Positions 34,101-49,100 of a stretch of DNA of 64,000 nucleotides are shown in pieces. The first letter of the stretch is position 1. Every line of letters starts with the position of its first letter. Both the position numbers and the translations under genes were made by a program. This stretch comes from Auanema rhodensis (Eukaryota; Animalia; Nematoda): NCBI GenBank assembly GCA_964057225.1, contig OZ059895.1, positions 23,250,001-23,314,000 on the forward strand, read 5' to 3'. The notes below the pieces were generated by a model that did no database searches, was not told the origin of the DNA, and saw nothing but the letters and a program-made list of their open reading frames with translations.

Positions 34101-37100
34101 GTGCATTCGATGCAGATTTTTAAGCTGCGTCGATCTGTGTTATCAGATTTGCGCTAGCTTAAAAATGCACCGAGATATCAACTGATATATGTTCACACTT
34201 ATATCCTCGATTTTCACCCTGAAGAATTAATTTTTTCGTTGAATAACAATGTCCATCGTCTTTGCCTTGAAAAAAGGAATCTAAAAACATCTACTTTTTG
34301 CTAAATTATTTTGAAATTTTTCGAAAAAATTTTTGTCAAAATGTTTTTGGAAGCAATGTTGAGTGTACATGGAAACTCAACATACACTAATGCATCATTT
34401 TTCAAACGATCATAACTAATTTTTGTATTAAGCGTTTCTCAATGTAGTATAGTGCATTCGATGCGGATTTTTAAGCTGCGTCGATCTGTGTTATCAGATT
34501 TGCGCTAGCTTAAAAATGCACCGAGATATCAACTGATATATGTTCACACTTATATCCTCGATTTTCACCCTGAAGAATTAATTTTTTCGTTGAATAACAA
34601 TGTTCATCGTCTTTGCCTTGAAAAAAGGAATCTAAAAACATCTACTTTTTGCTAAATTATTTTGAAATTTTTCGAAAAAATTTTTGTCAAAATGTTTTTG
34701 GAAGCAATGTTGAGTGTACATGGAAACTCAACATACACTAATGCATCATTTTTCAAACGATCATAACTAATTTTTGTATTAAGCGTTTCTCAATGTAGTA
34801 TAGTGCATTCGATGCGGATTTTTAAGCTGCGTCGATCTGTGTTATCAGATTTGCGCTAGCTTAAAAATGCACCGAGATATCAACTGATATATGTTCACAC
34901 TTATATCCTCGATTTTCACCCTGAAGAATTAATTTTTTCGTTGAATAACAATGTTCATCGTCTTTGCCTTGAAAAAAGGAATCTAAAAACATCTACTTTT
35001 TGCTAAATTATTTTGAAATTTTTCGAAAAAATTTTTGTCAAAATGTTTTTGGAAGCAATGTTGAGTGTACATGGAAACTCAACATACACTAATGCATCAT
35101 TTTTCAAACGATCATAACTGATTTTTGTATTAAGCGTTTCTCAATGTAGTATAGTGCATTCGATGCGGATTTTTAAGCTGCGTCGATCTGTGTTATCAGA
35201 TTTGCGCTAGCTTAAAAATGCACCGAGATATCAACTGATATATGTTCACACTTATATCCTCGATTTTCACCCTGAAGAATTAATTTTTTCGTTGAATAAC
35301 AATGTTCATCGTCTTTGTCTTGAAAAAAGGAATCTAAAAACATCTACTTTTTGCTAAATTATTTTGAAATTTTTCGAAAAAATTTTTGTCAAAATGTTTT
35401 TGGAAGCAATGTTGAGTGTACATGGAAACTCAACATACACTAATGCATCATTTTTCAAACGATCATAACTAATTTTTGTATTAAGCGTTTCTCAATGTAG
35501 TATAGTGCATTCGATGCGGATTTTTAAGCTGCGTCGATCTGTGTTATCAGATTTGCGCTAGCTTAAAAATGCACCGAGATATCAACTGATATATGTTCAC
35601 ACTTATATCCTCGATTTTCACCCTGAAGAATTAATTTTTTCGTTGAATAACAATGTTCATCGTCTTTGCCTTGAAAAAAGGAATCTAAAAACATCTACTT
35701 TTTGCTAAATTATTTTGAAATTTTTCGAAAAAATTTTTGTCAAAATGTTTTTGGAAGCAATGTTGAGTGTACATGGAAACTCAACATACACTAATGCATC
35801 ATTTTTCAAACGATCATAACTAATTTTTGTATTAAGCGTTTCTCAATGTAGTATAGTGCATTCGATGCGGATTTTTAAGCTGCGTCGATCTGTGTTATCA
35901 GATTTGCGCTAGCTTAAAAATGCACCGAGATATCAACTGATATATGTTCACACTTATATCCTCGATTTTCACCCTGAAGAATTAATTTTTTCGTTGAATA
36001 ACAATGTTCATCGTCTTTGCCTTGAAAAAAGGAATCTAAAAACATCTACTTTTTGCTAAATTATTTTGAAATTTTTCGAAAAAATTTTTGTCAAAATGTT
36101 TTTGGAAGCAATGTTGAGTGTACATGGAAACTCAACATACACTAATGCATCATTTTTCAAACGATCATAACTAATTTTTGTATTAAGCGTTTCTCAATGT
36201 AGTATAGTGAATTCGATGCGGATTTTTAAGCTGCGTCGATCTGTGTTATCAGATTTGCGCTAGCTTAAAAATGCACCGAGATATCAACTGATATAAGTTC
36301 ACACTTATATCCTCGATTTTCACCCTGAAGAATTAATTTTTTCGTTGAATAACAATGTTCATCGTCTTTGCCTTGAAAAAAGAAATCTAAAAACATCTAC
36401 TTTTTGCTAAATTATTTTGTTAATTTTTCGAAAAAATTTTTGTCAAAATGTTTTTGGAAGCAATGTTGAGTGTACATGGAAACTCAACATACACTAATGC
36501 ATCATTTTTCAAACGATCATAACTAATTTTTGTATCAAGCGTTTCTCAATGTAGTATAGTGCATTCGATGCGGATTTTTAAGCTGCGTCGATCTGTGTTA
36601 TCAGATTTGCGCTAGCTTAAAAATGCACCGAGATATCAACTGATATAAGTTCACACTTATATCCTCGATTTTCACCCTGAAGAATTAATTTTTTCGTTGA
36701 ATAACAATGTCCATCGTCTTTGCCTTGAAAAAAGAAATCTAAAAACATCTACTTTTTGCTAAATTATTTTGAAATTTTTCGAAAAAATTTTTGTCAAAAT
36801 GTTTTTAGAAGCAATGTTGAGTGTACATGGAAACTCAACATACACTAATGCATCATTTTTCAAACGATCATAACTAATTTTTGTATTAAGCGTTTCTCAA
36901 TGTAGTATAGTGCATTCGATGCGGATTTTTAAGCTGCAATGATCTGTGTTATCAGATTTGCGCTAGCTTAAAAATGCACCGAGATATCAACTGATATAAG
37001 TTCACACTTATATCCTCGATTTTCACCCTGAAGAATTAATTTTTTCGTTGAATAACAATGTCCATCGTCTTTGCCTTGAAAAAAGAAATCTAAAAACATC

Positions 37101-40100
37101 TACTTTTTGCTAAATTATTTTGAAATTTTTCGAAAAAATTTTTGTCAAAATGTTTTTGGAAGCAATGTTGAGTGTACATGGAAACTCAACATACACTAAT
37201 GCATCATTTTTCAAACGATCATAACTAATTTTTGTATTAAGCGTTTCTCAATGTAGTATAGTGCATTCGATGCGGATTTTTAAGCTGCGTCGATCTGTGT
37301 TATCAGATTTGCGCTAGCTTAAAAATGCACCGAGATATCAACTGATATAAGTTCACACTTATATCCTCGATTTTCACCCTGAAGAATTAATTTTTTCGTT
37401 GAATAACAATGTCCATCGTCTTTGCCTTGAAAAAAGAAATCTAAAAACATCTACTTTTTGCTAAATTATTTTGAAATTTTTCGAAAAAATTTTTGTCAAA
37501 ATGTTTTTAGAAGCAATGTTGAGCGTACATGGAAACTCAACATACACTAATGCATCATTTTTCAAACGATCATAACTAATTTTTGTATTAAGCGTTTCTC
37601 AATGTAGTATAGTGCATTCGATGCGGATTTTTAAGCTGCAATGATCTGTGTTATCAGATTTGCGCTAGCTTAAAAATGCACCGAGATATCAACTGATATA
37701 AGTTCACACTTATATCCTCGATTTTCACCCTGAAGAATTAATTTTTTCGTTGAATAACAATGTCCATCGTCTTTGCCTTGAAAAAAGAAATCTAAAAACA
37801 TCTACTTTTTGCTAAATTATTTTGAAATTTTTCGAAAAAATTTTTGTCAAAATGTTTTTGGAAGCAATGTTGAGTGTACATGGAAACTCAACATACACTA
37901 ATGCATCATTTTTCAAACGATCATAACTAATTTTTGTATTAAGCGTTTCTCAATGTAGTATAGTGCATTCGATGCAGATTTTTAAGCTGCGTCGATCTGT
38001 GTTATCAGATTTGCGCTAGCTTAGAAATGCACCGAGATATCAACTGATATATGTTCACACTTATATCCTCGATTTTCACCCTGAAGAATTAATTTTTTCG
38101 TTGAATAACATTGTCCATCGTCTTTGCCTTGAAAAAAGGAATCTAAAAACATCTACTTTTTGCTAAATTATTTTGAAATTTTTCGAAAAAATTTTTGTCA
38201 AAATGTTTTTGGAAGCAATGTTGAGTGTACATGGAAACTCAACATACACTAATGCATCATTTTTCAAACGATCATAACTAATTTTTGTATTAAGCATTTC
38301 TCAATGTAGTATAGTGCATTCGATGCGGATTTTTAAGCTGCGTCGATCTGTGTTATCAGATTTGCGCTAGCTTAAAAATGCACCGAGATATCAACTGATA
38401 TAAGTTCACACTTATATCCTCGATTTTCACCCTGAAGAATTAATTTTTTTGTTGAATAACAATGTCCATCGTCTTTGCCTTGAAAAAAGAAATCTAAAAA
38501 CATCTACTTTTTGCTAAATTATTTTGAAATTTTTCGAAAAAATTTTTGTCAAAATGTTTTTAGAAGCAATGTTGAGTGTACATGGAAACTCAACATACAC
38601 TAATGCATCATTTTTCAAACGATCATAACTAATTTTTGTATTAAGCGTTTCTCAATGTAGTATAGTGCATTCGATGCGGATTTTTAAGCTGCAATGATCT
38701 GTGTTATCAGATTTGCGCTAGCTTAAAAATGCACCGAGATATCAACTGATATATGTTCACACTTATATCCTCGATTTTCACCCTGAAGAATTAATTTTTT
38801 CGTTGAATAACAATGTTCATCGTCTTTGCCTTGAAAAAAGGAATCTAAAAACATCTACTTTTTGCTAAATTATTTTGAAATTTTTCGAAAAAATTTTTGT
38901 CAAAATGTTTTTGGAAGCAATGTTGAGTGTACATGGAAACTCAACATACACTAATGCATCATTTTTCAAACGATCATAACTAATTTTTGTATTAAGCGTT
39001 TCTTAATGTAGTATAGTGCATTCGATGCGGATTTTTAAGCTGCGTCGATCTGTGTTATCAGATTTGCGCTAGCTTAAAAATGCACCGAGATATCAACTGA
39101 TATATGTTCACACTTATATCCTCGATTTTCACCCTGAAGAATTAATTTTTTCGTTGAATAACAATGTTCATCGTCTTTGCCTTGAAAAAAGGAATCTAAA
39201 AACATCTACTTTTTGCTAAATTATTTTGAAATTTTTCGAAAAAATTTTTGTCAAAATGTTTTTGGAAGCAATGTTGAGTGTACATGGAAACTCAACATAC
39301 ACTAATGCATCATTTTTCAAACGATCATAACTAATTTTTGTATTAAGCGTTTCTCAATGTAGTATAGTGCATTCGATGCGGATTTTTAAGCTGCGTCGAT
39401 CTGTGTTATCAGATTTGCGCTAGCTTAAAAATGCACCGAGATATCAACTGATATATGTTCACACTTATATCCTCGATTTTCACCCTGAAGAATTAATTTT
39501 TTCGTTGAATAACATTGTTCATCGTCTTTGCCTTGAAAAAAGGAATCTAAAAACATCTACTTTTTGCTAAATTATTTTGAAATTTTTCGAAAAAATTTTT
39601 GTCAAAATGTTTTTGGAAGCAATGTTGAGTGTACATGGAAACTCAACATACACTAATGCATCATTTTTCAAACGATCATAACTAATTTTTGTATTAAGCG
39701 TTTCTCAATGTAGTATAGTGCATTCGATGCGGATTTTTAAGCTGCGTCGATCTGTGTTATCAGATTTGCGCTAGCTTAAAAATGCACCGAGATATCAACT
39801 GATATATGTTCACACTTATATCCTCGATTTTCACCCTGAAGAATTAATTTTTTCGTTGAATAACAATGTTCATCGTCTTTGCCTTGAAAAAAGGAATCTA
39901 AAAACATCTACTTTTTGCTAAATTATTTTGAAATTTTTCGAAAAAATTTTTGTCAAAATGTTTTTGGAAGCAATGTTGAGTGTACATGGAAACTCAACAT
40001 ACACTAATGCATCATTTTTCAAACGATCATAACTAATTTTTGTATTAAGCGTTTCTCAATGTAGTATAGTGCATTCGATGCGGATTTTTAAGCTGCGTCG

Positions 40101-43100
40101 ATCTGTGTTATCAGATTTGCGCTAGCTTAAAAATGCACCGAGATATCAACTGATATATGTTCACACTTATATCCTCGATTTTCACCCTGAAGAATTAATT
40201 TTTTCGTTGAATAACAATGTTCATCGTCTTTGCCTTGAAAAAAGGAATCTAAAAACATCTACTTTTTGCTAAATTATTTTGAAATTTTTCGAAAAAATTT
40301 TTGTCAAAATGTTTTTGGAAGCAATGTTGAGTGTACATGGAAACTCAACATACACTAATGCATCATTTTTCAAACGATCATAACTAATTTTTGTATTAAG
40401 CGTTTCTCAATGTAGTATAGTGCATTCGATGCGGATTTTTAAGCTGCGTCGATCTGTGTTATCAGATTTGCGCTAGCTTAAAAATGCACCGAGATATCAA
40501 CTGATATATGTTCACACTTATATCCTCGATTTTCACCCTGAAGAATTAATTTTTTCGTTGAATAACAATGTTCATCGTCTTTGCCTTGAAAAAAGGAATC
40601 TAAAAACATCTACTTTTTGCTAAATTATTTTGAAATTTTTCGAAAAAATTTTTGTCAAAATGTTTTTGGAAGCAATGTTGAGTGTACATGGAAACTCAAC
40701 ATACACTAATGCATCATTTTTCAAACGATCATAACTAATTTTTGTATTAAGCGTTTCTCAATGTAGTATAGTGCATTCGATGCGGATTTTTAAGCTGCGT
40801 CGATCTGTGTTATCAGATTTGCGCTAGCTTAAAAATGCACCGAGATATCAACTGATATATGTTCACACTTATATCCTCGATTTTCACCCTGAAGAATTAA
40901 TTTTTTCGTTGAATAACAATGTCCATCGTCTTTGCCTTGAAAAAAGGAATCTAAAAACATCTACTTTTTGCTAAATTATTCTGAAATTTTTCGAAAAAAT
41001 TTTTGTCAAAATGTTTTTGGAAGCAATGTTGAGTGTACATGGAAACTCAACATACACTAATGCATCATTTTTCAAACGATCATAACTAATTTTTGTATTG
41101 AGCGTTTCTCAATGTAGTATAGTGCATTCGATGCGGATTTTTAAGCTGCGTCGATCTGTGTTATCAGATTTGCGCTAGCTTAAAAATGCACCGAGATATC
41201 AACTGATATAAGTTCACACTTATATCCTCGATTTTCACCCTGAAGAATTAATTTTTTCGTTGAATAACAATGTCCATCGTCTTTGCCTTGAAAAAAGAAA
41301 TCTAAAAACATCTACTTTTTGCTAAATTATTTTGAAATTTTTCGAAAAAATTTTTGTCAAAATGTTTTTAGAAGCAATGTTGAGTGTACATGGAAACTCA
41401 ACATACACTAATGCATCATTTTTCAAACGATCATAACTAATTTTTGTATTAAGCGTTTCTCAATGTAGTATAGTGCATTCGATGCGGATTTTTAAGCTGC
41501 AATGATCTGTGTTATCAGATTTGCGCTAGCTTAAAAATGCACCGAGATATCAACTGATATATGTTCACACTTATATCCTCGATTTTCACCCTGAAGAATT
41601 AATTTTTTCGTTGAATAACAATGTTCATCGTCTTTGCCTTGAAAAAAGGAATCTAAAAACATCTACTTTTTGCTAAATTATTTTGAAATTTTTCGAAAAA
41701 ATTTTTGTCAAAATGTTTTTGGAAGCAATGTTGAGTGTACATGGAAACTCAACATACACTAATGCATCATTTTTCAAACGATCATAACTAATTTTTGTAT
41801 TAAGCGTTTCTCAATGTAGTATAGTGCATTCGATGCAGATTTTTAAGCTGCGTCGATCTGTGTTATCAGATTTGCGCTAGCTTAAAAATGCACCGAGATA
41901 TCAACTGATATAAGTTCACACTTATATCCTCGATTTTCACCCTGAAGAATTAATTTTTTCGTTGAATAACAATGTCCATCGTCTTTGCCTTGAAAAAAGA
42001 AATCTAAAAACATCTACTTTTTGCTAAATTATTTTGTTAATTTTTCGAAAAAATTTTTGTCAAAATGTTTTTGGAAGCAATGTTGAGTGTACATGGAAAC
42101 TCAACATACACTAATGCATCATTTTTCAAACGATCATAACTATTTTTTGTATTAAGCGTTTCTCAATGTAGTATAGTGCATTCGATGCGGATTTTTAAGC
42201 TGCGTCGATCTGTGTTATCAGATTTGCGCTAGCTTAAAAATGCACCGAGATATCAACTGATATATGTTCACACTTATATCCTCGATTTTCACCCTGAAGA
42301 ATTAATTTTTTCGTTGAATAACAATGTTCATCGTCTTTGCCTTGAAAAAAGGAATCTAAAAACATCTACTTTTTGCTAAATTATTTTGAAATTTTTCGAA
42401 AAAATTTTTGTCAAAATGTTTTTGGAAGCAATGTTGAGTGTACATGGAAACTCAACATACACTAATGCATCATTTTTCAAACGATCATAACTAATTTTTG
42501 TATTAAGCGTTTCTCAATGTAGTATAGTGCATTCGATGCGGATTTTTAAGCTGCGTCGATCTGTGTTATCAGATTTGCGCTAGCTTAAAAATGCACCGAG
42601 ATATCAACTGATATATGTTCACACTTATATCCTCGATTTTCACCCTGAAGAATTAATTTTTTCGTTGAATAACAATGTTCATCGTCTTTGCCTTGAAAAA
42701 AGGAATCTAAAAACATCTACTTTTTGCTAAATTATTTTGAAATTTTTCGAAAAAATTTTTGTCAAAATGTTTTTGGAAGCAATGTTGAGTGTACATGGAA
42801 ACTCAACATACACTAATGCATCATTTTTCAAACGATCATAACTGATTTTTGTATTAAGCGTTTCTCAATGTAGTATAGTGCATTCGATGCGGATTTTTAA
42901 GCTGCGTCGATCTGTGTTATCAGATTTGCGCTAGCTTAAAAATGCACCGAGATATCAACTGATATAAGTTCACACTTATATCCTCGATTTTCACCCTGAA
43001 GAATTAATTTTTTCGTTGAATAACAATGTCCATCGTCTTTGCCTTGAAAAAAGAAATCTAAAAACATCTACTTTTTGCTAAATTATTTTGAAATTTTTCG

Positions 43101-46100
43101 AAAAAATTTTTGTCAAAATGTTTTTGGAAGCAATGTTGAGTGTACATGGAAACTCAACATACACTAATGCATCATTTTTCAAACGATCATAACTAATTTT
43201 TGTATTAAGCGTTTCTCAATGTAGTATAGTGCATTCGATGCAGATTTTTAAGCTGCGTCGATCTGTGTTATCAGATTTGCGCTAGCTTAAAAATGCACCG
43301 AGATATCAACTGATATATGTTCACACTTATATCCTCGATTTTCACCCTGAAGAATTAATTTTTTCGTTGAATAACAATGTCCATCGTCTTTGCCTTGAAA
43401 AAAGGAATCTAAAAACATCTACTTTTTGCTAAATTATTTTGAAATTTTTCGAAAAAATTTTTGTCAAAATGTTTTTGGAAGCAATGTTGAGTGTACATGG
43501 AAACTCAACATACACTAATGCATCATTTTTCAAACGATCATAACTAATTTTTGTATCAAGCGTTTCTCAATGTAGTATAGTGCATTCGATGCGGATTTTT
43601 AAGCTGCGTCGATCTGTGTTATCAGATTTGCGCTAGCTTAAAAATGCACCGAGATATCAACTGATATAAGTTCACACTTATATCCTCGATTTTCACCCTG
43701 AAGAATTAATTTTTTCGTTGAATAACAATGTTCATCGTCTTTGCCTTGAAAAAAGGAATCTAAAAACATCTACTTTTTGCTAAATTATTTTGAAATTTTT
43801 CGAAAAAATTTTTGTCAAAATGTTTTTGGAAGCAATGTTGAGTGTACATGGAAACTCAACATACACTAATGCATCATTTTTCAAACGATCATAACTGATT
43901 TTTGTATTAAGCGTTTCTCAATGTAGTATAGTGCATTCGATGCGGATTTTTAAGCTGCGTCGATCTGTGTTATCAGATTTGCGCTAGCTTAAAAATGCAC
44001 CGAGATATCAACTGATATAAGTTCACACTTATATCCTCGATTTTCACCCTGAAGAATTAATTTTTTCGTTGAATAACAATGTCCATCGTCTTTGCCTTGA
44101 AAAAAGAAATCTAAAAACATCTACTTTTTGCTAAATTATTTTGAAATTTTTCGAAAAAATTTTTGTCAAAATGTTTTTGGAAGCAATGTTGAGTGTACAT
44201 GGAAACTCAACATACACTAATGCATCATTTTTCAAACGATCATAACTAATTTTTGTATTAAGCGTTTCTCAATGTAGTATAGTGCATTCGATGCAGATTT
44301 TTAAGCTGCGTCGATCTGTGTTATCAGATTTGCGCTAGCTTAAAAATGCACCGAGATATCAACTGATATATGTTCACACTTATATCCTCGATTTTCACCC
44401 TGAAGAATTAATTTTTTCGTTGAATAACAATGTCCATCGTCTTTGCCTTGAAAAAAGGAATCTAAAAACATCTACTTTTTGCTAAATTATTTTGAAATTT
44501 TTCGAAAAAATTTTTGTCAAAATGTTTTTGGAAGCAATGTTGAGTGTACATGGAAACTCAACATACACTAATGCATCATTTTTCAAACGATCATAACTAA
44601 TTTTTGTATTAAGCGTTTCTCAATGTAGTATAGTGCATTCGATGCGGATTTTTAAGCTGCGTCGATCTGTGTTATCAGATTTGCGCTAGCTTAAAAATGC
44701 ACCGAGATATCAACTGATATATGTTCACACTTATATCCTCGATTTTCACCCTGAAGAATTAATTTTTTCGTTGAATAACAATGTTCATCGTCTTTGCCTT
44801 GAAAAAAGGAATCTAAAAACATCTACTTTTTGCTAAATTATTTTGAAATTTTTCGAAAAAATTTTTGTCAAAATGTTTTTGGAAGCAATGTTGAGTGTAC
44901 ATGGAAACTCAACATACACTAATGCATCATTTTTCAAACGATCATAACTAATTTTTGTATTAAGCGTTTCTCAATGTAGTATAGTGCATTCGATGCGGAT
45001 TTTTAAGCTGCGTCGATCTGTGTTATCAGATTTGCGCTAGCTTAAAAATGCACCGAGATATCAACTGATATATGTTCACACTTATATCCTCGATTTTCAC
45101 CCTGAAGAATTAATTTTTTCGTTGAATAACAATGTTCATCGTCTTTGCCTTGAAAAAAGGAATCTAAAAACATCTACTTTTTGCTAAATTATTTTGAAAT
45201 TTTTCGAAAAAATTTTTGTCAAAATGTTTTTGGAAGCAATGTTGAGTGTACATGGAAACTCAACATACACTAATGCATCATTTTTCAAACGATCATAACT
45301 GATTTTTGTATTAAGCGTTTCTCAATGTAGTATAGTGCATTCGATGCGGATTTTTAAGCTGCGTCGATCTGTGTTATCAGATTTGCGCTAGCTTAAAAAT
45401 GCACCGAGATATCAACTGATATATGTTCACACTTATATCCTCGATTTTCACCCTGAAGAATTAATTTTTTCGTTGAATAACAATGTTCATCGTCTTTGTC
45501 TTGAAAAAAGGAATCTAAAAACATCTACTTTTTGCTAAATTATTTTGAAATTTTTCGAAAAAATTTTTGTCAAAATGTTTTTGGAAGCAATGTTGAGTGT
45601 ACATGGAAACTCAACATACACTAATGCATCATTTTTCAAACGATCATAACTAATTTTTGTATTAAGCGTTTCTCAATGTAGTATAGTGCATTCGATGCGG
45701 ATTTTTAAGCTGCGTCGATCTGTGTTATCAGATTTGCGCTAGCTTAAAAATGCACCGAGATATCAACTGATATATGTTCACACTTATATCCTCGATTTTC
45801 ACCCTGAAGAATTAATTTTTTCGTTGAATAACAATGTTCATCGTCTTTGCCTTGAAAAAAGGAATCTAAAAACATCTACTTTTTGCTAAATTATTTTGAA
45901 ATTTTTCGAAAAAATTTTTGTCAAAATGTTTTTGGAAGCAATGTTGAGTGTACATGGAAACTCAACATACACTAATGCATCATTTTTCAAACGATCATAA
46001 CTGATTTTTGTATTAAGCGTTTCTCAATGTAGTATAGTGCATTCGATGCGGATTTTTAAGCTGCGTCGATCTGTGTTATCAGATTTGCGCTAGCTTAAAA

Positions 46101-49100
46101 ATGCACCGAGATATCAACTGATATATGTTCACACTTATATCCTCGATTTTCACCCTGAAGAATTAATTTTTTCGTTGAATAACAATGTTCATCGTCTTTG
46201 TCTTGAAAAAAGGAATCTAAAAACATCTACTTTTTGCTAAATTATTTTGAAATTTTTCGAAAAAATTTTTGTCAAAATGTTTTTGGAAGCAATGTTGAGT
46301 GTACATGGAAACTCAACATACACTAATGCATCATTTTTCAAACGATCATAACTAATTTTTGTATTAAGCGTTTCTCAATGTAGTATAGTGCATTCGATGC
46401 GGATTTTTAAGCTGCGTCGATCTGTGTTATCAGATTTGCGCTAGCTTAAAAATGCACCGAGATATCAACTGATATATGTTCACACTTATATCCTCGATTT
46501 TCACCCTGAAGAATTAATTTTTTCGTTGAATAACAATGTTCATCGTCTTTGCCTTGAAAAAAGGAATCTAAAAACATCTACTTTTTGCTAAATTATTTTG
46601 AAATTTTTCGAAAAAATTTTTGTCAAAATGTTTTTGGAAGCAATGTTGAGTGTACATGGAAACTCAACATACACTAATGCATCATTTTTCAAACGATCAT
46701 AACTAATTTTTGTATTAAGCGTTTCTCAATGTAGTATAGTGCATTCGATGCAGATTTTTAAGCTGCGTCGATCTGTGTTATCAGATTTGCGCTAGCTTAA
46801 AAATGCACCGAGATATCAACTGATATAAGTTCACACTTATATCCTCGATTTTCACCCTGAAGAATTAATTTTTTCGTTGAATAACAATGTCCATCGTCTT
46901 TGCCTTGAAAAAAGAAATCTAAAAACATCTACTTTTTGCTAAATTATTTTGTTAATTTTTCGAAAAAATTTTTGTCAAAATGTTTTTGGAAGCAATGTTG
47001 AGTGTACATGGAAACTCAACATACACTAATGCATCATTTTTCAAACGATCATAACTGATTTTTGTATTAAGCGTTTCTCAATGTAGTATAGTGCATTCGA
47101 TGCGGATTTTTAAGCTGCGTCGATCTGTGTTATCAGATTTGCGCTAGCTTAAAAATGCACCGAGATATCAACTGATATATGTTCACACTTATATCCTCGA
47201 TTTTCACCCTGAAGAATTAATTTTTTCGTTGAATAACAATGTTCATCGTCTTTGTCTTGAAAAAAGGAATCTAAAAACATCTACTTTTTGCTAAATTATT
47301 TTGAAATTTTTCGAAAAAATTTTTGTCAAAATGTTTTTGGAAGCAATGTTGAGTGTACATGGAAACTCAACATACACTAATGCATCATTTTTCAAACGAT
47401 CATAACTAATTTTTGTATTAAGCGTTTCTCAATGTAGTATAGTGCATTCGATGCGGATTTTTAAGCTGCGTCGATCTGTGTTATCAGATTTGCGCTAGCT
47501 TAAAAATGCACCGAGATATCAACTGATATATGTTCACACTTATATCCTCGATTTTCACCCTGAAGAATTAATTTTTTCGTTGAATAACAATGTTCATCGT
47601 CTTTGCCTTGAAAAAAGGAATCTAAAAACATCTACTTTTTGCTAAATTATTTTGAAATTTTTCGAAAAAATTTTTGTCAAAATGTTTTTGGAAGCAATGT
47701 TGAGTGTACATGGAAACTCAACATACACTAATGCATCATTTTTCAAACGATCATAACTAATTTTTGTATTAAGCGTTTCTCAATGTAGTATAGTGCATTC
47801 GATGCAGATTTTTAAGCTGCGTCGATCTGTGTTATCAGATTTGCGCTAGCTTAAAAATGCACCGAGATATCAACTGATATAAGTTCACACTTATATCCTC
47901 GATTTTCACCCTGAAGAATTAATTTTTTCGTTGAATAACAATGTCCATCGTCTTTGCCTTGAAAAAAGAAATCTAAAAACATCTACTTTTTGCTAAATTA
48001 TTTTGTTAATTTTTCGAAAAAATTTTTGTCAAAATGTTTTTGGAAGCAATGTTGAGTGTACATGGAAACTCAACATACACTAATGCATCATTTTTCAAAC
48101 GATCATAACTAATTTTTGTATTAAGCGTTTCTCAATGTAGTATAGTGCATTCGATGCGGATTTTTAAGCTGCGTCGATCTGTGTTATCAGATTTGCGCTA
48201 GCTTAAAAATGCACCGAGATATCAACTGATATATGTTCACACTTATATCCTCGATTTTCACCCTGAAGAATTAATTTTTTCGTTGAATAACAATGTTCAT
48301 CGTCTTTGCCTTTGAAAAAAGGAATCTAAAAACATCTACTTTTTGCTAAATTATTTTGAAATTTTTCGAAAAAATTTTTGTCAAAATGTTTTTGGAAGCA
48401 ATGTTGAGTGTACATGGAAACTCAACATACACTAATGCATCATTTTTCAAACGATCATAACTAATTTTTGTATTAAGCGTTTCTCAATGTAGTATAGTGC
48501 ATTCGATGCGGATTTTTAAGCTGCGTCGATCTGTGTTATCAGATTTGCGCTAGCTTAAAAATGCACCGAGATATCAACTGATATATGTTCACACTTATAT
48601 CCTCGATTTTCACCCTGAAGAATTAATTTTTTCGTTGAATAACAATGTTCATCGTCTTTGCCTTGAAAAAAGGAATCTAAAAACATCTACTTTTTGCTAA
48701 ATTATTTTGAAATTTTTCGAAAAAATTTTTGTCAAAATGTTTTTGGAAGCAATGTTGAGTGTACATGGAAACTCAACATACACTAATGCATCATTTTTCA
48801 AACGATCATAACTAATTTTTGTATTAAGCGTTTCTCAATGTAGTATAGTGCATTCGATGCGGATTTTTAAGCTGCGTCGATCTGTGTTATCAGATTTGCG
48901 CTAGCTTAAAAATGCACCGAGATATCAACTGATATATGTTCACACTTATATCCTCGATTTTCACCCTGAAGAATTAATTTTTTCGTTGAATAACAATGTC
49001 CATCGTCTTTGCCTTGAAAAAAGAAATCTAAAAACATCTACTTTTTGCTAAATTATTTTGTTAATTTTTCGAAAAAATTTTTGTCAAAATGTTTTTGGAA